From: Myxococcota bacterium
Lineage (GTDB): Bacteria > Myxococcota_A > Polyangia > Polyangiales > Sandaracinaceae
NCBI GenBank assembly: GCA_036149055.1
Contig: JAYZQJ010000208.1
Coordinates: 1 to 36,390, forward strand
Direction of reading: 5' to 3'
DNA length: 36,390 bases
Program-made: the position numbers and the translations under genes
Part shown: one piece after another, positions 19,478-28,632 of the stretch
Position numbering within the stretch: the first letter of the stretch is position 1
Layout: each line of letters begins with the position of its first letter
The notes under the pieces: generated by a model
What the model saw: only the letters and a program-made list of their open reading frames with translations
The model's database searches: none
What the model was told of the DNA's origin: nothing

Positions 19478-20623
19478 GTGCGCACGCTCCGAACGGCAGA
19501 GGCGCGACGCTTTCTGTTGCGCCATCTCGGCCTCGACCGCTGGAGACGAGGCACGCGTGGGATCCGCGACACCCTCGAACGACTGGGCTGCATCCAGCTC
19601 GACCCGCTCGACGCGATCGGCACCAACGCGGATCTCGTGACGCTGGCCCGGGTGGAGGGCGTGAGGCGCGGCGACGTGGTCCGCGCGCTCCTCCCCGGGC
19701 ACGCGTTCGAGCACTTCGCCAAGGAGCGCTGCCTGCTGCCGGCGCGCGCCTTCCCGCAGTATCGAGAGCGCGCGATCGAGACGCCCTGGTGGCGGCTCAC
19801 CGAGCGCAGCCGTCGCGTGCGGGAGGGCGTGCTCGAGGCGGTGTTCGAGGAGGTCGCCGCCCGGGGCCCGAAGAGCGCCGCGGAGCTGACGGATCACGGC
19901 GCGGTCGAGGCGCTGGACTGGAGCGGCTGGAAGGGGACGTCGCGCATGACCACCATGGCGCTCGAGATCCTCTGGACGCGCTGCCGGGTGGTGGTCGCCG
20001 GGCGCGCCCCGGACGGCGCCAAGCGCTTCGACCTGCCTCGCCGCGCGCTGCCCGCGCATCACGATCGACCGGCGGCGCCCTTCGGGCCGTGGGCGCTGAA
20101 GGAGCGAGTCGCGTCCGCGGGGCTGCTCGCGCGGGCGGTGAGCCCGAGCTGGTCGATGCTGCGGGACGAGCGGGTGGCGCTGACCGAGCGCATGCTCGAC
20201 GAAGGTGAGGTGGAGGAGGTGCGCGTCGAGGGCTCGTCCCGCCCCTACCTCGCGCCCGCCGGCTTCACCGTGCCGCGCCGCCACCGCGACGACGGGCGCA
20301 TGCGCATCCTCGGGCCGCTCGACCCGCTGATCTGGGACCGCAAGCTGGTCCGGCAGATCTTCGGCTTCGACTACGTGTGGGAGGTCTACAAGCCCGCCTC
20401 CGATCGGCGATGGGGCTGGTATGTGTGCCCGCTGCTCCACCGTGGCGATCTGGTGGGGCGCGTCGAAGCGAAGGTGCAGAAGAACACCCTCGTGGTCCAC
20501 CGCCTGTGGCGCGAGGAGGGCGCCGACTTCGACGAGGACGCCTTCGACGCCGCGATCGAGCGCCACGCCGAGGCGTGCGGCGCCACCGCGGCCCGGCGGC
20601 TGCGCGGGGCTCGGCGCCGCTGA
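19478..20623 (+). CDS. YcaQ/AlkZ-family (HTH_42) DNA glycosylase
   Basis: CIQLDP (QxD), LGPLDPLIWDR, FGFDYVWEVYKPASDRRWGWYVCPLL. Confidence 0.88.
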   Translation: MRTLRTAEARRFLLRHLGLDRWRRGTRGIRDTLERLGCIQLDPLDAIGTNADLVTLARVEGVRRGDVVRALLPGHAFEHFAKERCLLPARAFPQYRERAIETPWWRLTERSRRVREGVLEAVFEEVAARGPKSAAELTDHGAVEALDWSGWKGTSRMTTMALEILWTRCRVVVAGRAPDGAKRFDLPRRALPAHHDRPAAPFGPWALKERVASAGLLARAVSPSWSMLRDERVALTERMLDEGEVEEVRVEGSSRPYLAPAGFTVPRRHRDDGRMRILGPLDPLIWDRKLVRQIFGFDYVWEVYKPASDRRWGWYVCPLLHRGDLVGRVEAKVQKNTLVVHRLWREEGADFDEDAFDAAIERHAEACGATAARRLRGARRR

Positions 20624-20685
20624 GCGTGGCTGGCCCGGCGCGTGCACTTCAGCTCGTCATGCGTATTACGAAGACGACGAGCACC

Positions 20686-20862
20686 ATGACCAGCCTCGTG
20701 AAGAACCTCGCCATCGTGGCCCTCGCGGTGGCCGCGGCCTGGTTCGTTCTGGGTCTCGTGGGCGTTCACTTCGCCCTCTGGACCTCGCTGGCCCTCTCCC
20801 TGGTCCTCACCGCGGTGCTGACGCTGGCGATGAGCGCCTTCCGCGGTCGCCGTCGCGTCTGA
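20686..20862 (+). CDS. Small two-TM membrane protein
   Basis: Two hydrophobic helices and a basic C-terminus; start may be ATG 20659. Confidence 0.6.
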   Translation: MTSLVKNLAIVALAVAAAWFVLGLVGVHFALWTSLALSLVLTAVLTLAMSAFRGRRRV

Positions 20863-21288
20863 TCAGGACGCGCGCTCGTCTCGCGCCGCCGGGGGCTCGA
20901 TCCCCGCGGCGCGTAGCTGCGCGAACGCCCACGCCTCCGCCTCCTCGTACGTCGCCACCACCGTGTGCGGCGTGTCGAGCGGAGAGACCCAGAAGATCGC
21001 GGTGAGCACGCCGCGCACGAGCCCGCTGTCGATCACGAACGCGGTGCCGAGCGAGTAGCGGCGGAGCGTCTCCGCGTGCTCCTCCAGCCAGCGCGACTGC
21101 AGCTTGCGCTGGCTCGCGGGGGTGCGCCCGGCCATCCGGCCGTCCATCACGACCACGGTCTTCTGCCGCTTCTCGAGCATCTCGCTCATGCGTGCGAGGT
21201 AGGCGGCGAACTCCTGATCGGTCGCCGCGCCTTCGAAGGACACGTGGATCAATGGTCGACGCGACTCGTCGATGCGGATGGTGCTCAT
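20863..21288 (-). CDS. STAS/SEC14-like small protein
   Basis: VVMDGR, GTAFVIDSGLVRGVLTAIFWVSP, EEAEAWA; start overlaps upstream stop. Confidence 0.7.
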   Translation of the reverse strand: MSTIRIDESRRPLIHVSFEGAATDQEFAAYLARMSEMLEKRQKTVVVMDGRMAGRTPASQRKLQSRWLEEHAETLRRYSLGTAFVIDSGLVRGVLTAIFWVSPLDTPHTVVATYEEAEAWAFAQLRAAGIEPPAARDERAS

Positions 21289-22172
21289 CAGGCGTCGAGG
21301 AAGTCTATCAGGGCCGTCACCAGGGCGGCGGTGCCGTGAACGACCGCCTCGCCGAGGGTCTCGGTCGACGCCGCGTGGGGCGTGATGACCTGCGAGGACG
21401 AGGAGGCCAGCGCCCGCTGGCGGCGCGCGGCGAGCTCCCGCTCGCGCTTCTCCTGGCCCGGCCGGTGACGCAGGCCCCCGCTGGCGACGAACTCGAGCAC
21501 GTGGGTGAGCTCGTCGGGGTCGAACCACGTGCCGTGGTGATGGCAGATGTCGACGATGACCCCGGAGCTGCGCCCGAAGTTCTTCCGGGACATCACCTTC
21601 TGGCAGATCGGGCAGGGCCGGTACTTCACCGCCTCCGCGACCCGCCCGCGCTGCGTCTTCACCGCCGACGCGGTCTCCGCCTCGCTCTCGACGTTCCGCT
21701 CGCGCACGAGGCGGGAGAGCGTCGTCTGGTCGACGAACACGCCGCCGCACGCCCCGCACTCCTCGATGCGGTGATCGCCGACGTCGATGAGGTGGAGCAC
21801 GTCTTCGTCGCAGCTCGGGCAGCGGTGCTCGGTGGGCCCCAGGTCGCCCTCGAGCCCCAGCGTCGCGCCGCACTGGCCGCACGCCTGAGTCCCGGCGAAC
21901 GAGAGGTCGAAGCAGCGCCAGCAGCGGACGCTCGCGAGCTCCACCGCGCAGTAGGTGCAGCGCCGGATGCCGGCGTCGAGGAAGCCGCCGCAGCTCGGGC
22001 ACTTCAGCGCCTTCGCCTCGCCGACCGTCCCCTTCTTCGCCGGCACGGTCGCGGAATCGAGCGGCGTCAGATCACAGAGGCAGGGAGGCAGGCTCGCCCC
22101 CGCCGCGGTGGCGCCGCCGCACTCGTCGCAGGTCTCGACCATCCCCTCCGACTCTACCAGCGGAGCCTCCAC
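21288..22172 (-). CDS. Multi zinc-ribbon protein (double zinc ribbon plus zf-TFIIB-like)
   Basis: Many CxxC pairs; IEECGACGGVFVD, CPICQKVM, IVDICHHHGTWFDPDEL; start may be ATG 22142. Confidence 0.82.
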   Translation of the reverse strand: MEAPLVESEGMVETCDECGGATAAGASLPPCLCDLTPLDSATVPAKKGTVGEAKALKCPSCGGFLDAGIRRCTYCAVELASVRCWRCFDLSFAGTQACGQCGATLGLEGDLGPTEHRCPSCDEDVLHLIDVGDHRIEECGACGGVFVDQTTLSRLVRERNVESEAETASAVKTQRGRVAEAVKYRPCPICQKVMSRKNFGRSSGVIVDICHHHGTWFDPDELTHVLEFVASGGLRHRPGQEKRERELAARRQRALASSSSQVITPHAASTETLGEAVVHGTAALVTALIDFLDA

Positions 22173-22209
22173 CTCGGCTCAACGTCCTACCGGCGGCGTC
22201 ATTCCTGGA

Positions 22210-22506
22210 AGCTCGAGAGGTGGCAAACGATGGCGCGGCGCCAGCCCGAGCCCGCCACCGCGGCGACTGACCCGAGAGGACGGCAGGCGACGAGCGCAGC
22301 GAGGTCGCCGCACGCGCCACTCGAGCCGTTCGATCCCGCGGCAACGGGCGGCCAGCTCGCGCGGAGCTCGAGCGCGAGCCGCAGGGGACCCAGCGCCCCG
22401 CGCTGGGGTCGCGGCGCGAGCGCGAAGCGCGAGCCGCCGACGGAGTCGGGAGGGGGGCCCCATTGGCGCTTTGCCCAATGGGGGGAGGGTTTGCACCAAA
22501 CCCTCC
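22210..22506 (+). repeat. Dispersed palindromic repeat element, copy 2 (most complete)
   Basis: Shares blocks with 1-161 and 36251-36390; hairpins CCCAGCGC/GCGCTGGG, CCCCATTGG/CCAATGGGG, GGAGGGTTT/AAACCCTCC; 3' boundary beyond 22408 is inferred. Confidence 0.85.
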
Positions 22507-22513
22507 AGAAGAC

Positions 22514-24808
22514 TCAGAGCGCCCAGTGGGAGCCGACGGCCCAGCCGAGCAGGCGCCGGCCGCCGCTCGGTGAGCGTCCCGCCGAATCGAAGCGGTGACC
22601 GTCGAGCACGTCGCGCAGGCCGAGGAGGGCGGGCTCGAGCTTCGCGCGCGCCTCCAGACCCGCGAGGCTCTCTTCGATCACGCCGAGCGCGTCCCGCTGG
22701 CGGGCCTCGGGCACGAAGGAGAGGAAGAACAGCGCCTGCCGCCACGCGTAGGCGGCGTTCTTGGTCGCGCGCAGGCGCGCGTGGACGTGCGGGGCGGGGC
22801 GCGCCTGGTGCTCGATCGCCCAGCGGAGGCTGCGCTCGGCCAGCTCGAAGCCTCGCTCGCGCATCGTCTCTTCGAGCTCGAGGCGCGCGACTAGGCTCGC
22901 GAGGCCGTGCGTCGTGAGGATCTGGGCTTGCTCGAGCGTGGCGCCGTTCTTCGCGACGAAGGAGCCGTCGCTGCCCGCCTCCTGGGCGCGCCCGGCGCAC
23001 AGGTGCCCGAAGGCCGCGTCCACCCGCCGGCCCCAGCGCTCCGCGTCGCCTCCGGTCACCCACGACGCGGGCAGGTCGTAGTACCGCGCGTAGAGGCTCC
23101 CCCGCAGCAGCTCGCACGCCACGCCGGCCGCGCGCCCCCACTTGGACGTGAAGTCGCCCATGAAGATGTCGGCGGCGACCTCCTCGACCAGCGGCAGATC
23201 CACGTCCGTCCGCTCGGCCAGCGCGCCGAGCTCCCGCACCAGCGGGTTGGGGAGGATCGTGTGCGGGAACGCGGTGAGCGCGAGCTGCGCCACGTCGCCC
23301 AGGGTCGCGCGCGCGGTCTCGGTGGCGTCCGCCGACGCTGAGCGGGCCACGTCGAGCGCGCTCACCCAGGGCAGCTCCTCGAACCGGACCTGGCGCTCGA
23401 GGTGGAGCAGCAGCACCGAGCGACGTCGCCGGAAGGCCGCGTACAGCGCCTCGTGGAGGGCGCGGGCCGCGGGGTCGGTGATCTGGGCCGCCGCGACCCG
23501 GGCGCCGATCTGCGGCAGCACCCCCGCCAGGACCTCGGACGATCCGATCACGCCGCGCTCGACGAGCTCGGCCGCGGGCGCCTCCAGGGCCCGGGCGATC
23601 CGCGCGACGTGCGCCTCCGGCACGGTCGATCCCTCGGGGATCTTCGCGCTCTCCTCGGCCTCGATGGGGCGGACGATCGACGCGAGGTCGCCGATCCCCT
23701 CGTCGGCCGGCAGCGCGCGCAGCCGCTCCGCGAGCGCGTGCGCGACGTGGGCGTGGAGCGGGCGCGCGCCGATCCGCGCTTGCTCGGCGCGGAGCGCGTC
23801 GTGGCCGGGGGCGCCGGGGAGCCCGTGACGATGCCCGACGTTGGCGAGCGCGCGCCGGAGCGCGCCGACGTCACGCGCCCGGAGCGCCTTCGACCCGTCT
23901 GCGCACCGCTCGAGCGCGTGCAGCAGGCGCTGGAAGTTGCTCTTCGGGTGAGCGTGCTTCCCGGTGAGCCCGTGCCGGTGCTCCGCCGCCGCGAAGTCTC
24001 GCAGCCACGCCTTTCGCCGCGCGCCCCAGTCGTCGGGCCAGCGTCGGCACGGCCAGCCGCCCTCGACCGCCCCGCCCTCGAGGCGGGGAGGCTCGCCCTC
24101 GACGGTCTCGAGCCAGAGCGCGACGAGCCGGTCGGCGAGCGGGTTCCAGATGCGGAGCGTGGCGTTCATCGCCGCGACCTGGGCCTGGGGCCGGGCCGCG
24201 CTCAGCCGGGTCGCCACCTCTCCCGCCGTCGCCACGTGCACGCTCGCCGAAGACGCGCGCGGCGGCGCGGGGCGAGGGTAGAAGCGCAGGCGCGCCATCC
24301 ACGGGCGGAGGAGCTCGACGAGCTCGAGCGCCGCCGCCGACTCTCCCCGCCCGAGCAGCCACGCGACCACGAGCAGCGCGCCCTCTTCGGGCACGTCCAC
24401 CCGGTACCCCCCGCTGCGCAGCAGCTCGTCGAGCTGGCCGAGCCCCGCGTCGCTCAGGAGCCAGAGGTTCAGCCGCTCCCGCGGCGTCTCGCCGGGCGCC
24501 TCGGCCGGGAGCGCGGCGAGCTGCGCCCGCTCGTGATCTCGCAGCGCACCCTCGGCGAGGAGCCGGCCCGTCGCGAAGCCGCCGTGGGCCACGTCGAGGG
24601 TGACCCAGGCCGGCGTGCCCTCCACCGGCGCGCGAGCGCCCACGCGCAGGGCGCCGCTCTGCATGCCGGCGAGCACGTCCCGCCAGCGCGCGACCTTCCC
24701 GGCCGCGCGCGCCCGCGTCTCGGCGTCCGGGTGACGCTCGAGCGTGTCCATCGCGGCGCGCAGGCGCCCGAGCGCGTAGCCCGGGTTCGCGTGGTGCGTG
24801 TCGTTCAT
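22514..24808 (-). CDS. Large hypothetical protein (764 aa)
   Basis: Protein-like C-terminal part of track ORF 22514..26056 from MNDTHHANPGY; motifs PAWVTLDVAHGGFATG, PLVEEVAADIFMGDF, AAYAWRQALFFLS. Confidence 0.8.
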   Translation of the reverse strand: MNDTHHANPGYALGRLRAAMDTLERHPDAETRARAAGKVARWRDVLAGMQSGALRVGARAPVEGTPAWVTLDVAHGGFATGRLLAEGALRDHERAQLAALPAEAPGETPRERLNLWLLSDAGLGQLDELLRSGGYRVDVPEEGALLVVAWLLGRGESAAALELVELLRPWMARLRFYPRPAPPRASSASVHVATAGEVATRLSAARPQAQVAAMNATLRIWNPLADRLVALWLETVEGEPPRLEGGAVEGGWPCRRWPDDWGARRKAWLRDFAAAEHRHGLTGKHAHPKSNFQRLLHALERCADGSKALRARDVGALRRALANVGHRHGLPGAPGHDALRAEQARIGARPLHAHVAHALAERLRALPADEGIGDLASIVRPIEAEESAKIPEGSTVPEAHVARIARALEAPAAELVERGVIGSSEVLAGVLPQIGARVAAAQITDPAARALHEALYAAFRRRRSVLLLHLERQVRFEELPWVSALDVARSASADATETARATLGDVAQLALTAFPHTILPNPLVRELGALAERTDVDLPLVEEVAADIFMGDFTSKWGRAAGVACELLRGSLYARYYDLPASWVTGGDAERWGRRVDAAFGHLCAGRAQEAGSDGSFVAKNGATLEQAQILTTHGLASLVARLELEETMRERGFELAERSLRWAIEHQARPAPHVHARLRATKNAAYAWRQALFFLSFVPEARQRDALGVIEESLAGLEARAKLEPALLGLRDVLDGHRFDSAGRSPSGGRRLLGWAVGSHWAL

Positions 24809-24812
24809 CGGA

Positions 24813-24883
24813 ACGTGGAGGCGGGATTCGAACCCGCGCCCTCCCGGGTTACAGCCGGGTGCTCTCCGCCGAGCTCCCCCACG
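24813..24883 (-). tRNA. Atypical tRNA-like element, anticodon GUA (Tyr); probably non-canonical
   Basis: CGTGGGG/CTCCACG acceptor stem, GCTC/GAGC D stem, CCCGG-CTGTAAC-CCGGG anticodon arm, GCGGG-TTCGAAT-CCCGC T arm; G8, short variable loop, no CCA. Confidence 0.75.
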
Positions 24884-24891
24884 GTGCGGGG

Positions 24892-24900
24892 AATCTATCA
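24892..24900 (-). promoter_or_regulatory. Putative extended -10 element (TGATAGATT) upstream of the tRNA-like element
   Basis: TG-n-TAGATT ends 8 nt before the first base of the cloverleaf. Confidence 0.45.
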
Positions 24901-26235
24901 TGGTTGTCGCGCCGCGCCTCCCGTCGCCACCCGCACGCGGTTTCGATAGGTCCCCGCCGCCAGGCCGACGGTGTCCCAGCCGCGGCCGACCCCGGTCGCG
25001 GCGAGCGCGAAGTGCACGATCACCGCGCCGTCCTCCGCGTTGGCCTCGCGCATCAGCTGGATCGCGTTCTGCGGCACGCCCCAACCCGCGGTGGGAGAGG
25101 GCTCGGTGGAGGCCTGGGCGGAGAAGTCGAGGAAGGTCACCGCGACCTCGCCTTCGCGATGCACGAAGAAGAGCGTGAGCGGCGCGCCTCGCGAGAGCGG
25201 GCCGGCGCAGAGCTCGCGGAACGGGCCCTTCTCGCCGCTGGTCGCCTCGGCGACGACGAAGCGGTCGTCGGCCGTGAGGTAGGCGAAGCGCGCCGGTCGG
25301 CCTTCCGGGTAGTCGGAAGGACGCACCTCGATCTCCGCGTCGCCGCAGGGGGAGAACCGCACCCGCGCCTCGCGGGCCGCGAAGCGCGCGCGGGCCCAGG
25401 TGGCGAGGTGGGCGTACACGGGGCCGTCGAGCCGGAAGCTCGCGTCGAGGGTCGGAGCGTCGCCATGGCGCCAGGCGACCGCCGCCGCGCCGTCGTCCGA
25501 GCCCCACCAGGTCCGGGTCGCGTCCGCCGAGGCCTCGCGCGCGAGGAGCTGCCAGGTGGTCGAGTGGCGGGTGTCGTCGGGCGCCAGCGCGGTCCAGAAG
25601 CGGTCGGGCGATCGCGACTCGACGGTGAAGAACGGGTCGAGCTCGAGCGACCACGCGGGCGCGGCGAGGTGGAGCAGACCCAGGGCGGCGCGGTCCGCCG
25701 GCTCGATCGCCGCGGGCGCCGCCGGGAGCACGTCGGGCCCCGCGGGGCGCGTCGACGGATCCGGCGCCCGCAGCGCCGCGGGGACGACGGCGCCGGCGAG
25801 TCCGCCCAGGGCGAGGGCGGCGATTCGCCCGGCGAGGCGGACCTCGGCGCGGCGGAGCGCGAGGGACGAGGCGAGGGTGACCACCCCCAACGCGCCGAGC
25901 GCCCAGGGGAAGACGGGCATGCTGCGCGGGAACGCGAGCGCCATCCCGGCGGCGGCGCTGACGGCGAGGGCGCCGAGTCCCTCCAGCGCAGCGCGGGTGA
26001 GGGGCGGGCGCACCAGACCCACCAGCGCCATGACGCCGACGCCGGCGATCGCCCACGGGAGCGCGTCGTGGAGGAGGAACCGGAGCGAGTTGAGCGCGAA
26101 TCCGTGAGGGAGCTTGGTGAGCGCGAGCGCGTCCGCGGCGAGCCAGCCGAGGAGCAAGAGCGCGGCCAGGGCTCGCGCGAGCCAGCCGGGGGGCTCAGGC
26201 GGGGATGCGGACGGTGGAGACGGGGCGGGCGTCAT
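24898..26235 (-). CDS. Membrane protein (N-terminal TM bundle plus soluble domain), unknown function
   Basis: About five hydrophobic helices, then DPFFTVESRSPDRFWT..SPTAGWGVPQNAIQ. Confidence 0.75.
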   Translation of the reverse strand: MTPAPSPPSASPPEPPGWLARALAALLLLGWLAADALALTKLPHGFALNSLRFLLHDALPWAIAGVGVMALVGLVRPPLTRAALEGLGALAVSAAAGMALAFPRSMPVFPWALGALGVVTLASSLALRRAEVRLAGRIAALALGGLAGAVVPAALRAPDPSTRPAGPDVLPAAPAAIEPADRAALGLLHLAAPAWSLELDPFFTVESRSPDRFWTALAPDDTRHSTTWQLLAREASADATRTWWGSDDGAAAVAWRHGDAPTLDASFRLDGPVYAHLATWARARFAAREARVRFSPCGDAEIEVRPSDYPEGRPARFAYLTADDRFVVAEATSGEKGPFRELCAGPLSRGAPLTLFFVHREGEVAVTFLDFSAQASTEPSPTAGWGVPQNAIQLMREANAEDGAVIVHFALAATGVGRGWDTVGLAAGTYRNRVRVATGGAARQP

Positions 26236-26623
26236 CGATGCGCTCGAGGGCCTCGGCGCAGACGAGCTTCGCCTCGTCGAGGCTGGCCACGTCGACGGTC
26301 ACGTCGTCGCCCTCCGAGTTCTGACGCGCGACCCGGCTCGCCTGCAAGCGCTGTACGGTCTCGTCCGAGATGTGGGCGCAGAGCACGACGCCGTGGGCGC
26401 GCGCGTAGCCGATGGCCGCGCCGAAGCGGTCGGCCACCTCCTTGCGCATCGTCTTGAGGCCCCGCATGTCCGCGAGCACCACGTGCATGCGGCCCCGGAA
26501 CCGGTCGGTCGCCGCCTCGTACTCCTTCGCCCACGCCTCGATGGAGGCTTCGTCGAAGAGACCGGAGAGGGTCGTGTGGATCCTGCGGCGGTGAACGTCG
26601 AGCTCGACAGCGAACGTGCTCAT
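26195..26623 (-). CDS. STAS/SEC14-like small protein
   Basis: MSTFAVELD..LSGLFD..VVLADMRGLK..SLDEAKL; TATTCT-N7-ATG. Confidence 0.7.
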   Translation of the reverse strand: MSTFAVELDVHRRRIHTTLSGLFDEASIEAWAKEYEAATDRFRGRMHVVLADMRGLKTMRKEVADRFGAAIGYARAHGVVLCAHISDETVQRLQASRVARQNSEGDDVTVDVASLDEAKLVCAEALERIDDARPVSTVRIPA

Positions 26624-26718
26624 CCCTGTGAGAATACCCAAAACGGGGGACACGGTCGTGGCAAAACGCCGCGGTCTCCGGGCCGTCGAGCTGGCTTGCG
26701 GGTCCGCACCAACGTGCC

Positions 26719-28062
26719 TCACACCAGGTACTTCAGGTCCGCATGGAAGGTCGGATACGCGTAGGTCCGGCCCCTCACGTCGGACGCCGTCCAGCCGTGC
26801 TCGATGGCGCTGGCGAAGGCGTGCACGGTCTCGGTCGCGCCGTGCCCCACGAGGTGCGCCCCGACGATGCGGTCGGTGCTGCGCTCGATGAGGACCTTCG
26901 CCCAGGCGGCCTCCTCCGCGTAGGTGCGCGCGGATCGCCAGGAGCGCATGTCCGACACCTTCGCGTCGATCTCGAGGCCTCGCTCGGCCGCCGTCGCCTC
27001 GGTCAGTCCCACCGACGCCAGGGCCGGCACGGTGTAGATGGCGGAAGGGACCGAGTCGTAGTCGAGCTCTGCGTCGGACCCTCGCACGATGCGTCGACCT
27101 GCTGCCCGGCCCTCGGCGGTCGCCAGCGGGGAGAGCTGGGGGCGCCCCGGGAGCGCGTCTCCGGCGAAGAACACGCGGGCATTCTCCGCGCTCTGGAACT
27201 CGCCGGTCAGCGCGACGCCGACGCCGTCCCAGTCGATCCCGGCCGCCTCGAGCCCGAGCCCCGAGAGGGCCGGCGCGCGTCCGGCGGTGTTGGCCACCAC
27301 CTCGACGCTCACGGGGGCGGCGTCGCCGGCGAGGTGGACGGCGAGCGCGCCGTGAGCCTCCCGCGCGATCGCCTCGACACGCACCCCGGTGCGAACCTCG
27401 ATGCCGATCGCTTCGCTGATCCGCACCAGCTCCGCCACCTGGTCCGGGTCGTGACGCGCGAGCGGCCGCTCGGCCGTCTCCAGCAGGGTCACCCGACTCC
27501 CGGCGCGCGCGAGCACGTGGGCCAGCTCGAAGCCGATGACCCCGGCGCCGATGAAGGCGATCGATCGGGGCAGCACCTCGCGGGAGAGCAGGTCGGCGCT
27601 GCTGAGCGCGTGCTCGAAGCCGGGGATGGCGAGGGCGCGCGGCGCCGAGCCCGTGGCCACCAGGATCTTGTCGGCGGTGAAGCGACGACCCTCGACCTCG
27701 ACGGCGTCCTCCGACACGAAGCGGGCGCGGCCCTCGACGAGCTCGATGCCGCGCCGCGTGAGGCTCTCGGCGATCTGGGCGGGCACCCCGTCGACGAAGG
27801 TGCGCTCGCGCTGGACGAGGGCGGCCCAGTCCAGCTTCGGCTCGCTCACCGTGATGCAGTGCGCCGACGCGCGTCGGATGACGTCCAGCGCCTCGGCGGC
27901 GGCCACGAGCACCTTCTTGGGCACACAGCCGCGCAAGGGGCACGTGCCTCCCACGTCCAGCGACTCCACCACGAGCACGGACCAACCGGCCTCGCGTGCG
28001 ACGGAGGCCGCGGCCAGACCGGCGTTGCCGGCACCGAGGACGATCAGATCATGAGTCTTCAT
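26719..28062 (-). CDS. Class I pyridine nucleotide-disulfide oxidoreductase (glutathione reductase/RclA-like family)
   Basis: GAGNAG, GGTCPLRGCVPKK redox disulfide, GAGVIGFE, FFAGD, C-terminal YPTFHAD; GGAG-rich RBS. Confidence 0.9.
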   Translation of the reverse strand: MKTHDLIVLGAGNAGLAAASVAREAGWSVLVVESLDVGGTCPLRGCVPKKVLVAAAEALDVIRRASAHCITVSEPKLDWAALVQRERTFVDGVPAQIAESLTRRGIELVEGRARFVSEDAVEVEGRRFTADKILVATGSAPRALAIPGFEHALSSADLLSREVLPRSIAFIGAGVIGFELAHVLARAGSRVTLLETAERPLARHDPDQVAELVRISEAIGIEVRTGVRVEAIAREAHGALAVHLAGDAAPVSVEVVANTAGRAPALSGLGLEAAGIDWDGVGVALTGEFQSAENARVFFAGDALPGRPQLSPLATAEGRAAGRRIVRGSDAELDYDSVPSAIYTVPALASVGLTEATAAERGLEIDAKVSDMRSWRSARTYAEEAAWAKVLIERSTDRIVGAHLVGHGATETVHAFASAIEHGWTASDVRGRTYAYPTFHADLKYLV

Positions 28063-28135
28063 TCTCGCTCTCCTCTCCAGAAACGAACGGCGCGACGCCG
28101 CGGACACATCGCCCGCGGCGTCGCGGAGGACCACC

Positions 28136-28573
28136 TCACGTCGCGGGCTGGGTCCGACGTCGCATCGCGCGCTGTCCGACGGGGTAGAGCCAGCCCAGCG
28201 CGAGGCCGAACACGATGTGCCGCGCCATCGAGACGAAGGGCACCGCGAGCCCCAAACCGAGGCCGGCGAAGCCCGCGCCGAGGAGCGGGAACATGAACAG
28301 GTAGACGCCCAGGATCGTCTCCGCCGTCACGAAGACCAGGGGGCGCGTCCACCGGTTGCCGGGTAGCGAGGGCGCCAGGGCCGCGTAGATGACGGTCAGG
28401 GTGAACCCGAGGCCGTAGTGGAGCGCCAGCCCCACGACGAACGGGGATTGAAGCTTGTCGGCGAGGAGGGTGGGGATGTCCCAGAACGTCCCCGTCAGCA
28501 CGAACCCGAGCGCGTCGAGGGCCAGGGTCCCGACCACAGCAGCGAGCGCTGCCTTCGCGAAATCGATCTTCAT
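28136..28573 (-). CDS. Small four-TM membrane protein with conserved His residues
   Basis: AAAGGAG RBS; LHYGLG, FMFPLLGAGFAG, RHIVFGLALG. Confidence 0.75.
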   Translation of the reverse strand: MKIDFAKAALAAVVGTLALDALGFVLTGTFWDIPTLLADKLQSPFVVGLALHYGLGFTLTVIYAALAPSLPGNRWTRPLVFVTAETILGVYLFMFPLLGAGFAGLGLGLAVPFVSMARHIVFGLALGWLYPVGQRAMRRRTQPAT

Positions 28574-28632
28574 CGTTCTCTCCTTTCGAGCGACGACCTG
28601 CCGCCCATCATTCGTGCGAGCGCGAGCGGCCC

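Noticed and set aside
22328..22337. GTTCGATCCC in the dispersed repeat resembles a tRNA T loop
   Set aside because: No matching T stem, anticodon arm or acceptor stem found
24849..24855. Functional link between the Tyr anticodon and the Tyr-excising rSAM cluster
   Set aside because: About 18 kb apart with unrelated genes between; no mechanistic support
24809..26056. N-terminal 416 aa of track ORF 22514..26056
   Set aside because: Overlaps the better gene 24898..26235 and runs through the tRNA-like element; the protein-like part starts at 24808
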